From: Deltaproteobacteria bacterium
Lineage (GTDB): Bacteria > JAGRBM01 > JAHCIT01
DNA: 60,244 nt
Assembly: GCA_026129095.1 (NCBI GenBank)
Contig: JAHCIT010000001.1
Span: 62,001 to 122,244 of the forward strand
Direction: 5' to 3'
Each line of letters begins with the position of its first letter. Position 1 is the first letter of the stretch. Positions 25,651 through 37,467 of the stretch are shown piece by piece. The notes beneath the pieces were generated by a model, which was not told the origin of the DNA, did not search any database, and worked only from the letters and a program-made list of their open reading frames with translations. The translations under genes and the position numbers were made by a program.

Positions 25651-26025
25651 ATGGCCGACAATGGACGGATACAGTCATTCGAGGAGTTCTGGCCCTACTA
25701 CGTGGGCGAGCACCGGAATCCGGTCTGCCGGGGGCTGCACTACCTCGGTACCACGACCGCACTCGCCTGCTTCGCCACCGGCGTTGCCACCTGGAACCCC
25801 TGGCTCGTACTCGCTGCCCCGGTAGCCGGTTACGGGCCCGCCTGGATCGGCCACTTCCTGATCGAAAAGAACCGCCCGGCGACGTTCACCTATCCACGCT
25901 GGTCGCTGATCGCCGATTTCAAGATGCTGGGTCTCGCCCTGCAGGGACGGATGTCGGGCGAAGTGACCCGTCTTTATGGAAGTCCCAATCCGCCCCGGAA
26001 CGCCCCGCTGCTGGCGACGCGCTGA
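25651..26025 (+). CDS. DUF962 (Mpo1-like) membrane protein
   Basis: SFEEFWPYYVGEH, LHYLGT, GYGPAWIGHFLIEKNRPATF, WSLIADFKM. Confidence 0.85.
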   Translation: MADNGRIQSFEEFWPYYVGEHRNPVCRGLHYLGTTTALACFATGVATWNPWLVLAAPVAGYGPAWIGHFLIEKNRPATFTYPRWSLIADFKMLGLALQGRMSGEVTRLYGSPNPPRNAPLLATR

Positions 26026-26031
26026 CACCCC

Positions 26032-26080
26032 GGAAACCGAAACGCCCGGCCCCTTTAAAGGGAACCGGGCGCCGGTTTCC
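26032..26080. terminator. Long hairpin between convergent DUF962 gene and rplQ
   Basis: GGAAACCG..CGCCCGG.CCC-TTTAAA-GGG..CCGGGCG.CGGTTTCC. Confidence 0.6.
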
Positions 26081-26097
26081 TGCAACCTGCAGGCGGG

Positions 26098-26601
26098 CTA
26101 TTCGGTCTTTTCCGCAGCCGCTTCCTTCTTGGTCGAAGGCTTCTTCGCCTTCGGGGCGGCCTTTTCCTTTGCCGCGCCGGTGGAACGGCGCTTGGGCGCC
26201 TTCTTCTTCGCGCCTCCAGCCACTTCGGCCGGCAGGAACTCAATCACCGACATGGCGGCATTGTCTCCTGCCCGGCGGCCGATCTTGATGATACGGGTAT
26301 ACCCGCCGGCTCGCTCCTTGAAACGGGGAGCCAGCGTGTCGAACAGCTTGCGAACGGTATCACGCGACCGGAGCCTGGCGAAGGCGCGCTCGCGCAGCGT
26401 GTAGAGCGTCGCCTTGTCGGCCCCAATCCCCTGCTTGCCGAGGGTGATGATCCGGTCCGCATGGCGGCGCAGTTCCTTGGCCTTGGCGTCCGTGGTGCGG
26501 ATCTGCTCCAGATCAATGAGCGAATTGAGCTGGTTACGGAACATCGCCTTGCGGTGCTCCGTGCTCCGTCCGAACTTCTTTTCCTTGCGATGGTGGCGCA
26601 T
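26098..26601 (-). CDS. rplQ: 50S ribosomal protein L17 with Lys/Ala-rich C-tail
   Basis: MRHHRKEKKFGRSTEHRKAMFRN, GGYTRIIK, GDNA. Confidence 0.97.
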   Translation of the reverse strand: MRHHRKEKKFGRSTEHRKAMFRNQLNSLIDLEQIRTTDAKAKELRRHADRIITLGKQGIGADKATLYTLRERAFARLRSRDTVRKLFDTLAPRFKERAGGYTRIIKIGRRAGDNAAMSVIEFLPAEVAGGAKKKAPKRRSTGAAKEKAAPKAKKPSTKKEAAAEKTE

Positions 26602-26678
26602 TTTTCAGGATCCTCACTGGATGCGCGCCTTCAAAGAGGCGCCGTCAGTAGCTGTTTTCCGTCCGGAAGCCTAGCCGC

Positions 26679-27728
<1,050 letters not shown>

Positions 27729-27807
27729 GGTGTACCGTCCTTCGAGTGTTCCTTGCGCCTCTGATCGCCTCCGTTTGACGGGAGGCTCCTGCCCGATTCT
27801 TCCTGCC

Positions 27808-28227
27808 CTATGTGCGGCGCCGCTTGGGCGGCCGGCAGCCATTGTGAGGCAGCGGCGTCACGTCCTTGATCTGGGTGACCTTCAGGCCGGCCGCGTGCAG
27901 GCTGCGAACCGCCGCCTCGCGCCCCGGACCGGGCCCCTTGACCTGGACGGCCACCGACTTGACGCCGACCTGGATCGCCTTCTGGGCGGCCTTTTCGGCG
28001 GCGACGCTGGCCGCATAGGGTGTCGACTTGCGCGAGCCCCGGAAGCCCGATCCGCCCGCCGTTCCCCAGGAGATCACGTTCCCGGCCGTGTCCGCGATGG
28101 TCACGATCGTGTTCGTGTAGGTCGCCTGGATGTGCGCCACGCCGTGATCGACTCCGCGCATCTTGGTCTTCTTGACCTTGGCCGGGGCCTTGGCTTCCGC
28201 GCCCTGTTCCTGCTTTTCGTCCGCCAT
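27808..28227 (-). CDS. rpsK: 30S ribosomal protein S11
   Basis: [37 protein letters not shown]. Confidence 0.97.
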   Translation of the reverse strand: MADEKQEQGAEAKAPAKVKKTKMRGVDHGVAHIQATYTNTIVTIADTAGNVISWGTAGGSGFRGSRKSTPYAASVAAEKAAQKAIQVGVKSVAVQVKGPGPGREAAVRSLHAAGLKVTQIKDVTPLPHNGCRPPKRRRT

Positions 28228-28287
28228 CTGGTTGTTGCCTCGCTGGCCCCGGCGGCCCCCGTCAAACGGAGGCCCGCCACCGGCCGG

Positions 28288-28665
28288 TTACTTGGTTTCC
28301 TTCTTCTTGCCTGCGATCGTCTTGCGCGGCCCCTTGCGGGTGCGTGCGTTGGTCCGGGTCCGCTGGCCGCGCACGGGGAGACCCTTGCGGTGCCGGAGGC
28401 CCCGGTAGCAGCCCAGATCCATGAGCCGCTTGATGCTGAGTGCCGAGTCCCGGCGGAGGTCGCCCTCCACCTTGTAGCTGACTTCCATGACACGGCGGAT
28501 TTCGGCCACCTCGCCCTCAGTGAGCTGGTCGGCCTTGCGTGCGCCGTCAATCTTGGCGGCCGCGCAGATGGCCTTGGCCGTCTTCGATCCGACGCCGTAA
28601 ATGTAGGTCAGCGCCACATCAATGCGCTTGTTCTTCGGTACGTCTACGCCTGCGATACGGGGCAT
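28288..28665 (-). CDS. rpsM: 30S ribosomal protein S13
   Basis: [34 protein letters not shown]. Confidence 0.97.
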   Translation of the reverse strand: MPRIAGVDVPKNKRIDVALTYIYGVGSKTAKAICAAAKIDGARKADQLTEGEVAEIRRVMEVSYKVEGDLRRDSALSIKRLMDLGCYRGLRHRKGLPVRGQRTRTNARTRKGPRKTIAGKKKETK

Positions 28666-28686
28666 GTAAATTCTCCTGGAAAGGGC

Positions 28687-28803
28687 TCAGCCCTGCCGCT
28701 GCTTGTGGCGCGGATTGGCCGGACAGATCACGCGAAGCACACCCTTGCGCTTCACGAGCTTGCACTTGGGACACAACTTCTTGACTGAGGCTCTGACTTT
28801 CAT
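28687..28803 (-). CDS. rpmJ: 50S ribosomal protein L36 (zinc-ribbon type)
   Basis: Below the ORF-track cutoff; manual translation [38 protein letters not shown]. Confidence 0.96.
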   Translation of the reverse strand: MKVRASVKKLCPKCKLVKRKGVLRVICPANPRHKQRQG

Positions 28804-28843
28804 TTCTTCCTTGCGACTCCGCCGGCTTCCGGCATTCTCCCGG

Positions 28844-29062
28844 CTACTTGGCCCGGTAGGTAATCCGCCCCTTGGTCAGGTCGTAGGGCGACAGTTCCAC
28901 TGTGACCTTGTCCCCCGGCAGAATGCGGATGTAGTGCATCCGCATCTTTCCGGAGATATAGGCGAGGATCTTGTGGCCGTTGTCCAGTTCCACCCGGAAC
29001 ATGGCGTTCGGGAGCGGCTCGACCACTTTCCCCTCGACTGTTATGGCATCTTCTTTTGACAT
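28844..29062 (-). CDS. infA: Translation initiation factor IF-1
   Basis: [29 protein letters not shown]. Confidence 0.97.
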   Translation of the reverse strand: MSKEDAITVEGKVVEPLPNAMFRVELDNGHKILAYISGKMRMHYIRILPGDKVTVELSPYDLTKGRITYRAK

Positions 29063-29119
29063 GTTCCTCTGCTGTTCCAGCAGCCGGCCCCCTCACCCGG
29101 GGGGACTGTTCATAGGCCT

Positions 29120-29887
29120 TCAGGCGGCCTTCGGCAACTGGGTCAGTATTTCCGGTCCTTCCTCGGTTATGGCGATGCAATGCTCATAGTGCGCCGACGG
29201 CTTTCCGTCGGCCGTCACGATGGTCCACCCGTCGTCGAGCTTCCGGACTTCCCATGTGCCCATGTTGATCATCGGCTCGATGCACACGACCATGCCGGCC
29301 CGCAGCCGGACGCCGCCGCCTGGCTTGCCGTAGTTCGGGATCTGCGGGGCCTCATGCAGGTTCCGACCGATGCCATGCCCCACGAAATCCCGGACCACGC
29401 CATAACCCCTCGCCTCGCAGTGGGTCTGCACTGCAAAGCCGATATCGCCGATCCGGTTCCCGGCGCGGGCCTGCTCGATTCCCTTCAGGAGCCCCTCGCG
29501 GGTGGTGTCCATGAGCTGTTTCAGGCTGTCGTCGATCTCGCCCACGGAGAGCGTGGTCGCCGAATCGGAATAAAAGCCGTCCAGTATCACACCGAAATCG
29601 ACACTCACGATGTCGCCCGCCTCGATCCGCCGCTTCGACGAGGGGATGCCGTGCACGACCTCCTCGTTTACCGATGTGCAGAGCGTTCCGGGAAAACCCT
29701 GATAACCCTTGAATGCCGGCTTGCAGCCAGCCTTGCGGGTCCACTCCTCGGCCATCCGGTCCAGGTCGAGGGTGCTCATGCCGGGCTGGATGGTCTCGGC
29801 CAGACGCGCGAGGACTTCGGCCACGACACGCCCTGCGGAGCGCATCGTCCGGATCTCCTCCCTTGTCTTGAGCTCGATGGCAGCCAT
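29120..29887 (-). CDS. map: Methionine aminopeptidase type I
   Basis: CTSVNEEVVHGIP, GHGIG, HEAP, IEPM, SAHYEH. Confidence 0.96.
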   Translation of the reverse strand: MAAIELKTREEIRTMRSAGRVVAEVLARLAETIQPGMSTLDLDRMAEEWTRKAGCKPAFKGYQGFPGTLCTSVNEEVVHGIPSSKRRIEAGDIVSVDFGVILDGFYSDSATTLSVGEIDDSLKQLMDTTREGLLKGIEQARAGNRIGDIGFAVQTHCEARGYGVVRDFVGHGIGRNLHEAPQIPNYGKPGGGVRLRAGMVVCIEPMINMGTWEVRKLDDGWTIVTADGKPSAHYEHCIAITEEGPEILTQLPKAA

Positions 29888-29903
29888 GCTTCCTCGTAAT
29901 TCC

Positions 29904-30560
29904 TTATGCCAGGGCCTTCATCAGGTCCGCGTTTACCTGTTCGACCACGCGGTTCCCGTTGATCCGCGTGAGCCGCTTGCGCTCCTCGTAGTAGGCACTG
30001 AGAGGGCGCGTCTGGTCGTGGTAGACCGTCAGGCGCTTGCGGATCACGTCCGGTTTGTCATCGGCCCGCTGTTCAAGCGTTCCAGCCTTGCCGCACTGGT
30101 CGCAAACATCCGGTTTTTTCGTGGGATTCGACTCCACGTGCCAGATGGCTCCGCAGTTCGAGCACACCCGCCGTCCCGATAGCCGCGCCACAACCACCTC
30201 ATCCGGCACGTCGATCTCGATCACCCGGGGGAGCGCCCGCTTGCGTTCGGCCAGCATGTGATCGAGGGCATCCGCCTGAGCGATCGTCCGGGGGAAACCG
30301 TCCAGGATGTAGCCATGGGCGCAATCCTCGCTGGAGAGCCGTTCGGCCATGACACCGATAACGACCTCGTCCGGAACAAGCTTGCCGGAATCCATGTACT
30401 CCCTGGCCTTGAGCCCCACCGGCGTTCCGGCGGCCTTGGCCGCACGGAGCATGTCGCCCGTCGAAAGCTGGGGGATGCCCTTGCCCGACGAGGCCACCTT
30501 GGCCTGCGTGCCCTTTCCGGCACCTGGGGCACCAAGGAATATGATGGCCAGTTCGCTCAT
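29904..30560 (-). CDS. adk: Adenylate kinase (zinc-lid type)
   Basis: GAPGAGKGTQA, STGDMLR, LDGFPRT, CSNC...CDQC lid. Confidence 0.97.
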   Translation of the reverse strand: MSELAIIFLGAPGAGKGTQAKVASSGKGIPQLSTGDMLRAAKAAGTPVGLKAREYMDSGKLVPDEVVIGVMAERLSSEDCAHGYILDGFPRTIAQADALDHMLAERKRALPRVIEIDVPDEVVVARLSGRRVCSNCGAIWHVESNPTKKPDVCDQCGKAGTLEQRADDKPDVIRKRLTVYHDQTRPLSAYYEERKRLTRINGNRVVEQVNADLMKALA

Positions 30561-31964
30561 CTATGCAGCACTCCGCCGGCGGCCCTTGATCTTGCCGAGC
30601 GCCTTGCCTTCCAGGAGGGCGTCGTACTTGGTGTTTCGCAGGTGATCGGCGATATGCCGGAACGTGTCCAGGGCGACACCCACGCAGATCAGCACGCTCG
30701 TTCCGCCGAAGTAGAACGTCACTCCAGTGCCCCGTGACAGCGCATACGGAAGAATCGCGCAGATAATCACCAGATAGACGCCACCAATCAGCGTCAGGCG
30801 GTTCATGATCGGCCTGATGAAATTCGCGGTCATCGAGCCGGGCCGGATACCAGGAACGAAACCGCCATTGCGCTTGATGTTTTCGGCCATCTCGTCGGGA
30901 TTGAAGATGATCGAGGTGTAGAAAAAGGCGAATGCGACGATCAGCACGCCGAACACCACCGAATACAGCCACTCGGACGGATTCAGCGCCTCACCCATCG
31001 GGCGCACGACATGGACGACCACGGACTCCCAGAACCGCTCGATGGCGCCGCCCTCGGGATTCACCGTAATGTCCTGGGTGAGGCCCGACACTGTGGGGAG
31101 AAACACCAGCAGCGAGCTGGCAAAAATCGGAGGAATCACGTTGGAAGGATTGAGCTTGAGCGGCAGGTGCGATTTCACGCCCTGCATCTGGCGACGGCCC
31201 ATCATGCGGCCGGGGTACTGCACCGGAATCCGGCGCTCTGCCTGCTCGATAAAGACGATGCCTACCAGCGAACCCACGATGATGATCCCGATCATGATCG
31301 CACCGATCGGATTGATTGTTTCCTGATTGATCTGCTGGATGAATCCGCCAGCGGCGCCGGGGATCGATGTGACGATACCGGCGAAAATGATCAGCGAAAT
31401 ACCGTTACCAATGCCACTCCGCGTCACCTGCTCGCCCATCCACATCACAAAAATGGAGCCGGTCGTGAGCGACAGCACGGCGGTCGCCACGAACAGGATC
31501 CCCGGCTCGCGGACAACCGGGATGCCCCCCGGCGCCACGGCACCCTGGAGGCTGGATGCGATGACGGTTGCCTGGACCGCACAGAGCGCGACCGACAGGT
31601 AGCGCGTGTACTGGTTGTTCTTCTGGCGGCCCACTTCGCCTTCACGCTGGTTTTCCTTGATCTGGGGGACGATCTCGCCCATCAGCTGCATGATGATGGA
31701 AGCGGTCACGTAGGGCATGATGCCCAGCGCGAAGACCGAGAAACTCTCCAGCGCACCGCCCGAAAACAGGTTGAACAGGGTCACGATCGAACCCTGCGTG
31801 CCGAAAGTGAGCTCCAGGTAACCGCGCATGGCATCCGGATTGATCCCCGGCGTAGGCACAATCGTACCCAGCCGGTAAACGAGCAGAACGCCGACCGTAA
31901 ACAGGATACGTGACTGAAGCTCGCCGAGCTTCTTCGGATTGAACGCTTGTGTAGGTTCAGCCAT
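30561..31964 (-). CDS. secY: Preprotein translocase SecY
   Basis: FALGIMPYVTASII, GIGNGISLIIFAGI, GIRPG, FGGTSVLI. Confidence 0.97.
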   Translation of the reverse strand: MAEPTQAFNPKKLGELQSRILFTVGVLLVYRLGTIVPTPGINPDAMRGYLELTFGTQGSIVTLFNLFSGGALESFSVFALGIMPYVTASIIMQLMGEIVPQIKENQREGEVGRQKNNQYTRYLSVALCAVQATVIASSLQGAVAPGGIPVVREPGILFVATAVLSLTTGSIFVMWMGEQVTRSGIGNGISLIIFAGIVTSIPGAAGGFIQQINQETINPIGAIMIGIIIVGSLVGIVFIEQAERRIPVQYPGRMMGRRQMQGVKSHLPLKLNPSNVIPPIFASSLLVFLPTVSGLTQDITVNPEGGAIERFWESVVVHVVRPMGEALNPSEWLYSVVFGVLIVAFAFFYTSIIFNPDEMAENIKRNGGFVPGIRPGSMTANFIRPIMNRLTLIGGVYLVIICAILPYALSRGTGVTFYFGGTSVLICVGVALDTFRHIADHLRNTKYDALLEGKALGKIKGRRRSAA

Positions 31965-32018
31965 GCGTGAAAAAATCCCCCGGATCAGCCCTCGTTAAAC
32001 CGTAATCCAAGCCTGCCC

Positions 32019-32501
32019 TCAGGCCTTGGCAGCCGCTCCGGTTTCGGCCTTGGGAGCGCGGGGGTGCGGCAGCACCTCCACGCTTCCACCGGCGCCTTCG
32101 ATCTTCTTGCGCGCGCCGTCACTGAAACGGTGCGCCACAACCTTGAGCTTCGCCTTGATGTCCCCGTTGCCGAGGATCTTCACCGGCCCACCGGCCGACT
32201 GGATCAGGCCCACACTTGCCAGAATCTCCGGCGTCACATCGCCGTTCAGCTTCTCAAGCTGCGCGATGTTCACTATCTGCCAGCTCTGCCGGAAGATGTT
32301 GGTGAAACCAACCTTCGGCAGCCGGCGGTGCAGGGGGTTCTGGCCACCTTCGTAGCCGCGCTTCTTCTTGCTGCCGGTTCGGGAACCGTAGCCCTTGTGT
32401 CCACGGCCGGACGTCTTGCCCAGCCCGGAACCGATACCACGGCCCAGCCGCTTGACCGACTGTTTGGCCCCTGAGGGCGGACGGAGTTCGTTCAGCTTCA
32501 T
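32019..32501 (-). CDS. rplO: 50S ribosomal protein L15
   Basis: GRGIGSGLGKTSGRGHKG, EGGQNPLHRRLPK. Confidence 0.97.
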   Translation of the reverse strand: MKLNELRPPSGAKQSVKRLGRGIGSGLGKTSGRGHKGYGSRTGSKKKRGYEGGQNPLHRRLPKVGFTNIFRQSWQIVNIAQLEKLNGDVTPEILASVGLIQSAGGPVKILGNGDIKAKLKVVAHRFSDGARKKIEGAGGSVEVLPHPRAPKAETGAAAKA

Positions 32502-32695
32502 TTGGCGCCATCCTCCACGATCGCCACAAGATGGGAAACCTTGCGGATCATGCCGCGAACTGCCGGAGTGTCGCTCAGCATCACTTCGTGATGCCTGCGC
32601 CGGAGGCCAAGCCCCCGGACCGTCGCCCGCTGCCGTTCTGTACAGGTGATAAGTCCGCCCGTTTGCCGGACCTTTATCTTCTTTTTCTCACCCAT
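32498..32695 (-). CDS. rpmD: 50S ribosomal protein L30
   Basis: [28 protein letters not shown]; conserved position. Confidence 0.95.
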   Translation of the reverse strand: MGEKKKIKVRQTGGLITCTERQRATVRGLGLRRRHHEVMLSDTPAVRGMIRKVSHLVAIVEDGAK

Positions 32696-32771
32696 ATCGA
32701 CAACCTCTCGCTTCGTTCATCTTTGTGGCAGACCGTACAACCGGTCCGCCACTTTCCGCGTGCCCGGCCTT

Positions 32772-33356
32772 TCAGGCCTGTGCCGGAGCAGCCTCGCCGG
32801 AGGCCGGAGCCGTCACCGGCTCCTTCGCCGGACCGGCACGGCGCTCGGCGATCATCCGCTCGTCATTCAGTTCTGCAAGCCCGGCAAACGTCGCCTTGAC
32901 CACGTTGTGGGGATTGCTGCTGCCCAGGCTCTTGGTAAGCACGTTCTTGACGCCCAGCACCTCGAGCACGGCGCGGACAGGTCCGCCCGCAATGACGCCC
33001 GTTCCCGGCCGGGCCGGACGCATGAACACCTTGCCGGCGCCGAAATGCCCCGTCACTTCGTGAGGGATCGTTCCGTCAGTGACAGGGAATGACTTCATCG
33101 AGCGGCGGGCGCGGTCGATCGCCTTCTTGATCGCATCGGGCACTTCATTCGCCTTGCCCAGCCCCCAGCCGACCTTGCCGCGCTCGTCACCCACGACGAT
33201 CAGCGCCGAGAAACTGAACCGGCGTCCGCCCTTGACGACTTTCGCCGAGCGGTTCACCGCCACGATCTTCTCGACGAGATTGTCGTCGCGTCCGCGATCA
33301 CCGCGGTCGCGGCGTCCGCGGCCTTCGCCTGGTCTTGTATCCTTGCCATTCGCCAT
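32772..33356 (-). CDS. rpsE: 30S ribosomal protein S5
   Basis: [30 protein letters not shown]. Confidence 0.97.
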   Translation of the reverse strand: MANGKDTRPGEGRGRRDRGDRGRDDNLVEKIVAVNRSAKVVKGGRRFSFSALIVVGDERGKVGWGLGKANEVPDAIKKAIDRARRSMKSFPVTDGTIPHEVTGHFGAGKVFMRPARPGTGVIAGGPVRAVLEVLGVKNVLTKSLGSSNPHNVVKATFAGLAELNDERMIAERRAGPAKEPVTAPASGEAAPAQA

Positions 33357-33360
33357 AACT

Positions 33361-33729
33361 CTAGAACTCCAGTCCGGCTTCACGCGCGGCATCAGCCAGC
33401 GCTTTCACCTGTCCGTGGTAGGCATACCCGCCACGGTCGAATACCACTTTCGTCACTTTGGCCGCCTTGGCCTTCTCGGCCACCAGCAGGCCCACCTGCT
33501 TGGCGGCATCCACGGTGCCTATCTTCGCCACCTTGCCCTTGAGGTCTTTCGACAGGGTCGAGGCGGCCACGAGGGTCCGTCCTCCCTGGTCGTCCACCAC
33601 CTGGGCATAGATGTGCCGGTTGCTGCGGAACACCGCCAGCCGCGGGCGCTCCGGCGTCCCCTGAACCTTTTTCGTAATCCGCTGATGGCGCAGCGTGCGC
33701 CGGCCCTTGCGGTCTTCTGTCTTTGCCAT
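33361..33729 (-). CDS. rplR: 50S ribosomal protein L18
   Basis: [26 protein letters not shown]. Confidence 0.97.
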   Translation of the reverse strand: MAKTEDRKGRRTLRHQRITKKVQGTPERPRLAVFRSNRHIYAQVVDDQGGRTLVAASTLSKDLKGKVAKIGTVDAAKQVGLLVAEKAKAAKVTKVVFDRGGYAYHGQVKALADAAREAGLEF

Positions 33730-33757
33730 ATGATTCTTTCCTCTGGAGGCAACGGCC

Positions 33758-34300
33758 TTATTTCTTGGCCTTGCCCTCCTTGCGGCGGATCACTTCCCCG
33801 CTGTAACGGATGCCTTTGCCCTTGAACGGCTCCGGCGGGCGGACCGCCCTTACCGTGGCAGCGAACTGCCCCAGGACGGCCTTGTCGGGGCCCGACAGGG
33901 TGATCTGGGTCTGGTTCTTTTCCACTGCCGCCGTGACACCGGCCGGCAAGGGGAGTTCCACCTGGTGCGTGAAACCAATGTTCAGCACCAGCACGTTCTT
34001 GCCCTTCATCTCGGCGCGGAAACCGACCCCTTCCAGTTCGAGTACTCTCTGGAAACCGGCACCGGCACCGGTGATCAGGTTGCGGGCGAGTGCGAAGGTC
34101 GTTCCCCATACCGGAGACTGGGGGCCTTTGGGCCCCTTCCAGTTGACGTGGACGCCTTCCTTGTCCTGTACGATCTCGATCTCCCGCGGAATGGGCATCG
34201 ACAGCGTACCCTTGGCGCCCTTGACCTCGAATCGTCCCGGCTTGATCTGTACCTGCGTACCCTGGGGCAGCGCGACCGGCTTTCGTGCGATCTTTGACAT
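33758..34300 (-). CDS. rplF: 50S ribosomal protein L6
   Basis: [19 protein letters not shown]. Confidence 0.97.
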   Translation of the reverse strand: MSKIARKPVALPQGTQVQIKPGRFEVKGAKGTLSMPIPREIEIVQDKEGVHVNWKGPKGPQSPVWGTTFALARNLITGAGAGFQRVLELEGVGFRAEMKGKNVLVLNIGFTHQVELPLPAGVTAAVEKNQTQITLSGPDKAVLGQFAATVRAVRPPEPFKGKGIRYSGEVIRRKEGKAKK

Positions 34301-34329
34301 GACTTTAGACCTTTCCCGTTATCCTTCGG

Positions 34330-34737
34330 CTACCACACGCGGCAGAGAAGCTCTCCGCCCACGCTCTGCCGGCGCGCTTCCACGTCTGACATCACGCCGC
34401 GGGAGGTGGAGACAATCGCCATTCCCAGCCCGCTCTTGACCGAGGGGATGTCCTTCATCCCGAAGTAGACGCGGCGGCCAGGGCGGGAGATGCGCTCAAT
34501 GCCCTGGATCACGCCGAACCGGCCGCGGGTGTATTTGATCCCGATACGGAGAAGCGGCCGCACCCCCTCGCCGGGGATTTTTTCGATAGCGCCCACGTAT
34601 CCGTTATCCGACAGGATACGGGCGATGCTTTCCTTCATGCGCGAATACGGCACGTCGACATAGTCCTTGCGTGCCAGCGCGCCATTGCGGATGCGGGTCA
34701 GCAAATCGGAGATCGGATCGTTAACAACGTTGCTCAT
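34330..34737 (-). CDS. rpsH: 30S ribosomal protein S8
   Basis: DPISDLLTRIRN, SRPGRRVY, STSRGVM, GGELLC. Confidence 0.97.
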   Translation of the reverse strand: MSNVVNDPISDLLTRIRNGALARKDYVDVPYSRMKESIARILSDNGYVGAIEKIPGEGVRPLLRIGIKYTRGRFGVIQGIERISRPGRRVYFGMKDIPSVKSGLGMAIVSTSRGVMSDVEARRQSVGGELLCRVW

Positions 34738-34752
34738 CTTGGTGACGCTCCC

Positions 34753-34938
34753 CTACCAGCTCGACTTCGTTACGCCCGGAAGCTGCCCGCGTAGGGCGAG
34801 CTCACGGAAACACAGGCGGCACATGTTGAAATCGCGCAGGTATGCCTTCGAACGGCCGCAGCGGGCGCACCGGTTGTGCTGGCGCACCTTGTATTTGGGC
34901 TTGGCCATTGCCTTCAGGCGCATGGATTTGGTTGCCAT
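34753..34938 (-). CDS. rpsN: 30S ribosomal protein S14, short zinc-binding type
   Basis: 61 aa, CARC...[14 protein letters not shown]. Confidence 0.96.
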   Translation of the reverse strand: MATKSMRLKAMAKPKYKVRQHNRCARCGRSKAYLRDFNMCRLCFRELALRGQLPGVTKSSW

Positions 34939-34961
34939 ATCGTCGCTTTACCTCTTCAGCT

Positions 34962-35636
34962 TCAGACCCGGAACGGGACTCCGAGCGCGGCCAGCAGCGC
35001 ACGGGCCTGCTCGTCCGTTTTCGCCGTCGTCACGATCGAAATGTTCATCCCCTTGACCTTGTCCGTGTTGTCGAAGTCGATTTCGGGGAAAATGATGTGT
35101 TCACGGACGCCCACTGTGTAGCAGCCGCGGCCGTCAAAGCTCTTGCTCGGCAGTCCCTTGAAGTCGCGCACCCGGGGGAGCGCGAAACTAATGAACCGGT
35201 CGACGAACTCCCACATGTTGTTCGCCCGGAGTGTCACGTACACTCCTACCGGCACGCCGGCGCGGAGCTTGAAGTTCGCGATGGACTTCTTCGACCGCGT
35301 CACGACGGGACGCTGACCGGTGATCGCCATGAGTTCGTTCACGCCGTTCTCGATGACCTTGAGGTTCGTGCCGGCATCCGAGATCTTGCCAAGACCCATG
35401 TTGATCACGACCTTCACCAGGCGCGGGACTTCCATCGGGTTCTTGTAGCCGAACTGCTCCATGAGCTTCGGAACCACTTCCTTGTGGTACTTGGTCCGCA
35501 GCCGGGGCTCGATGCCTTTTTCAGGGCCCTTGTCGCTCGTCTTGGCTGCAATTTCGCGGCGGCTTTTCTTCTTCTCGCCGCCGCCGCCCTGGGGCTTCGG
35601 ACCCTTGCCTTCGGTTTTTTTCTCTTCAGTCGCCAT
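34962..35636 (-). CDS. rplE: 50S ribosomal protein L5 with ~45-aa N-terminal extension
   Basis: [33 protein letters not shown]. Confidence 0.97.
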   Translation of the reverse strand: MATEEKKTEGKGPKPQGGGGEKKKSRREIAAKTSDKGPEKGIEPRLRTKYHKEVVPKLMEQFGYKNPMEVPRLVKVVINMGLGKISDAGTNLKVIENGVNELMAITGQRPVVTRSKKSIANFKLRAGVPVGVYVTLRANNMWEFVDRFISFALPRVRDFKGLPSKSFDGRGCYTVGVREHIIFPEIDFDNTDKVKGMNISIVTTAKTDEQARALLAALGVPFRV

Positions 35637-35706
35637 CTGTCTTTCCTTGTCTGGCCGGTTTCGGAAATTCCCTTTCCGGTCTCCGGCCCAGTCCGGTAAC
35701 TACACC

Positions 35707-36042
35707 TTATGCGTCAACGGTATTTCCCGAGCGGACCGACACGCGCACGCGCTTGCCGTTCTTCTCGCCGCTGCGGAGCCGTGTCGCTTCTTCCTTTGAC
35801 GAATCCCAGTACATCACCTTGGACACCGGGATCGGGGCCTCGCGGCGAATGATGCCGCCTGCCTGGTTCTTCTGGTTCGGCTTCGTGTGGCGGCTTACCA
35901 TCCGGACGCCCTTCACAACGACCTTGCCGTCCCTGGGGATCACACGGAGGACCTCGCCCTTCGTGCCCCGCTCGGCGCCGCTGATCACGACAACGGTGTC
36001 GCCCTTGCGGATACGCAGCTTGCTGGAGTTTGAAATCGCCAT
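35707..36042 (-). CDS. rplX: 50S ribosomal protein L24
   Basis: [22 protein letters not shown]; true start ATG 36042 (the track ORF is over-extended). Confidence 0.95.
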   Translation of the reverse strand: MAISNSSKLRIRKGDTVVVISGAERGTKGEVLRVIPRDGKVVVKGVRMVSRHTKPNQKNQAGGIIRREAPIPVSKVMYWDSSKEEATRLRSGEKNGKRVRVSVRSGNTVDA

Positions 36043-36044
36043 GT

Positions 36045-36413
36045 TCACAGCACCTCCGGTGCGAGCGATACGATCTTCATGAAGTTCCGGGCCCGGAGTT
36101 CCCTGGCCACGGGACCGAAAATACGGGTTCCGACCGGCTCGCCTTCCTTGTCCACGATAACGGCCGAGGCATTGTCGAACCGGATATAAGAGCCGTCCGT
36201 GCGGCGAATCGGCGCAGCCACCCGGACGATAACCGCCTTGACCACGTCGCCCTTCTTCACCTTGGAGGTCGGCATTGCCTCCTTGACCGAGCAGACAACG
36301 ATGTCGCCGATATCCGCATAACGGCGCTGGGTACCCCCGAGCACCTTGATGCACATGACCTTCTTGGCGCCCGAATTGTCGGCGACGTCCATTACCGATT
36401 GCATCTGGATCAT
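36045..36413 (-). CDS. rplN: 50S ribosomal protein L14
   Basis: [29 protein letters not shown]. Confidence 0.97.
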   Translation of the reverse strand: MIQMQSVMDVADNSGAKKVMCIKVLGGTQRRYADIGDIVVCSVKEAMPTSKVKKGDVVKAVIVRVAAPIRRTDGSYIRFDNASAVIVDKEGEPVGTRIFGPVARELRARNFMKIVSLAPEVL

Positions 36414-36457
36414 GGCTGTTTTGCTCCTTGCTCGTGCCGGCTGCTGAGCCTAAGGGC

Positions 36458-36751
36458 TCAGGCCTGCTTGCCCTTCACGACAATCCGGACGAGCTTCCAC
36501 CGCTTCGTCCGCGACAGGGGGCGGGACTCGCAGATTTCCACCATGTCGCCCTGGTGCGATTCGTTCTTTTCGTCATGAACATGCACCCGCGTCCGGCGGC
36601 GGACGTACTTCTTGTACATCGGGTGCTGGACGAGCCGGGTGACTTCCACGGTGCGCGTCTTCTGCGCGCCGTCCCTGATGACCATCCCCATGCGGGTACG
36701 GGCCTGCTTGCGGGCTCCGGTGGTCTGTGCGGTGGTCTGCGTGTCGCTCAT
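36458..36751 (-). CDS. rpsQ: 30S ribosomal protein S17
   Basis: HPMYKKYV, HDEKN, ESRPLSRTKRW. Confidence 0.96.
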   Translation of the reverse strand: MSDTQTTAQTTGARKQARTRMGMVIRDGAQKTRTVEVTRLVQHPMYKKYVRRRTRVHVHDEKNESHQGDMVEICESRPLSRTKRWKLVRIVVKGKQA

Positions 36752-36792
36752 ATGCTCTCCGTCAAATCCTTGCGGTCATTCCGGCCTTCCGT

Positions 36793-37026
36793 TCAGGAAG
36801 CCTTCTTCTGTGCTGCTCCGGCGGCCGCATCGCGGCGCTCCCTGAGAACGGTCATCATCCTGGCTATCATGCGCCGGACCTGACCGTATTCGGCGGTGTT
36901 TTCTGTCCGCTCGGTCACGGCCTTGAACCGGATCTCGCGCAGGCGGGCACGCGCCTCGCGCAGGCGGTTCTCGATGTCCTTGTCGGCCAGTTCCCGCACT
37001 TCAGCCGCTGTGTGAAGCATCTCCAT
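36793..37026 (-). CDS. rpmC: 50S ribosomal protein L29
   Basis: Position between rplP and rpsQ; VRRMIARMMTVLRER. Confidence 0.9.
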   Translation of the reverse strand: MEMLHTAAEVRELADKDIENRLREARARLREIRFKAVTERTENTAEYGQVRRMIARMMTVLRERRDAAAGAAQKKAS

Positions 37027-37446
37027 TTAGACGAGTCCTTCCTCACGGTGGATAATCTTGGTGCGGAACGGCAGTTTGGCCTGCGCCAGCTGGAATGCTT
37101 CCAGGGCGATCTGGGGCGGCACGCCTTCCATCTCGAACAGCACCCGGCCCGGCTTGACTGGGGTGACCCAGTATTCCGGCGATCCCTTGCCCTTGCCCAT
37201 GCGGGTTTCAACCGGCTTCTTGGAGATCGGCTTGTCGGGGAATACCCGGATCCAGAGCCTGCCCGCACGCTTCACCTTGCGGGTGATGGCGATACGGCCT
37301 GCCTCGATCTGGCGGGCGGTCAGGTTGCCCCGTTCGAGCGACTGGATCCCGATTTCACCAAAGGCGAGATCGGTTCCCCGTTTTGCTTTTCCCCAGTTGC
37401 GTCCGCGCTGGACCTTGCGGTAACGGGGTTTGGCCGGCATCAACAT
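37027..37446 (-). CDS. rplP: 50S ribosomal protein L16
   Basis: [23 protein letters not shown]. Confidence 0.97.
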   Translation of the reverse strand: MLMPAKPRYRKVQRGRNWGKAKRGTDLAFGEIGIQSLERGNLTARQIEAGRIAITRKVKRAGRLWIRVFPDKPISKKPVETRMGKGKGSPEYWVTPVKPGRVLFEMEGVPPQIALEAFQLAQAKLPFRTKIIHREEGLV

Positions 37447-37467
37447 GACTGTGTATCTCCTGCTCTC

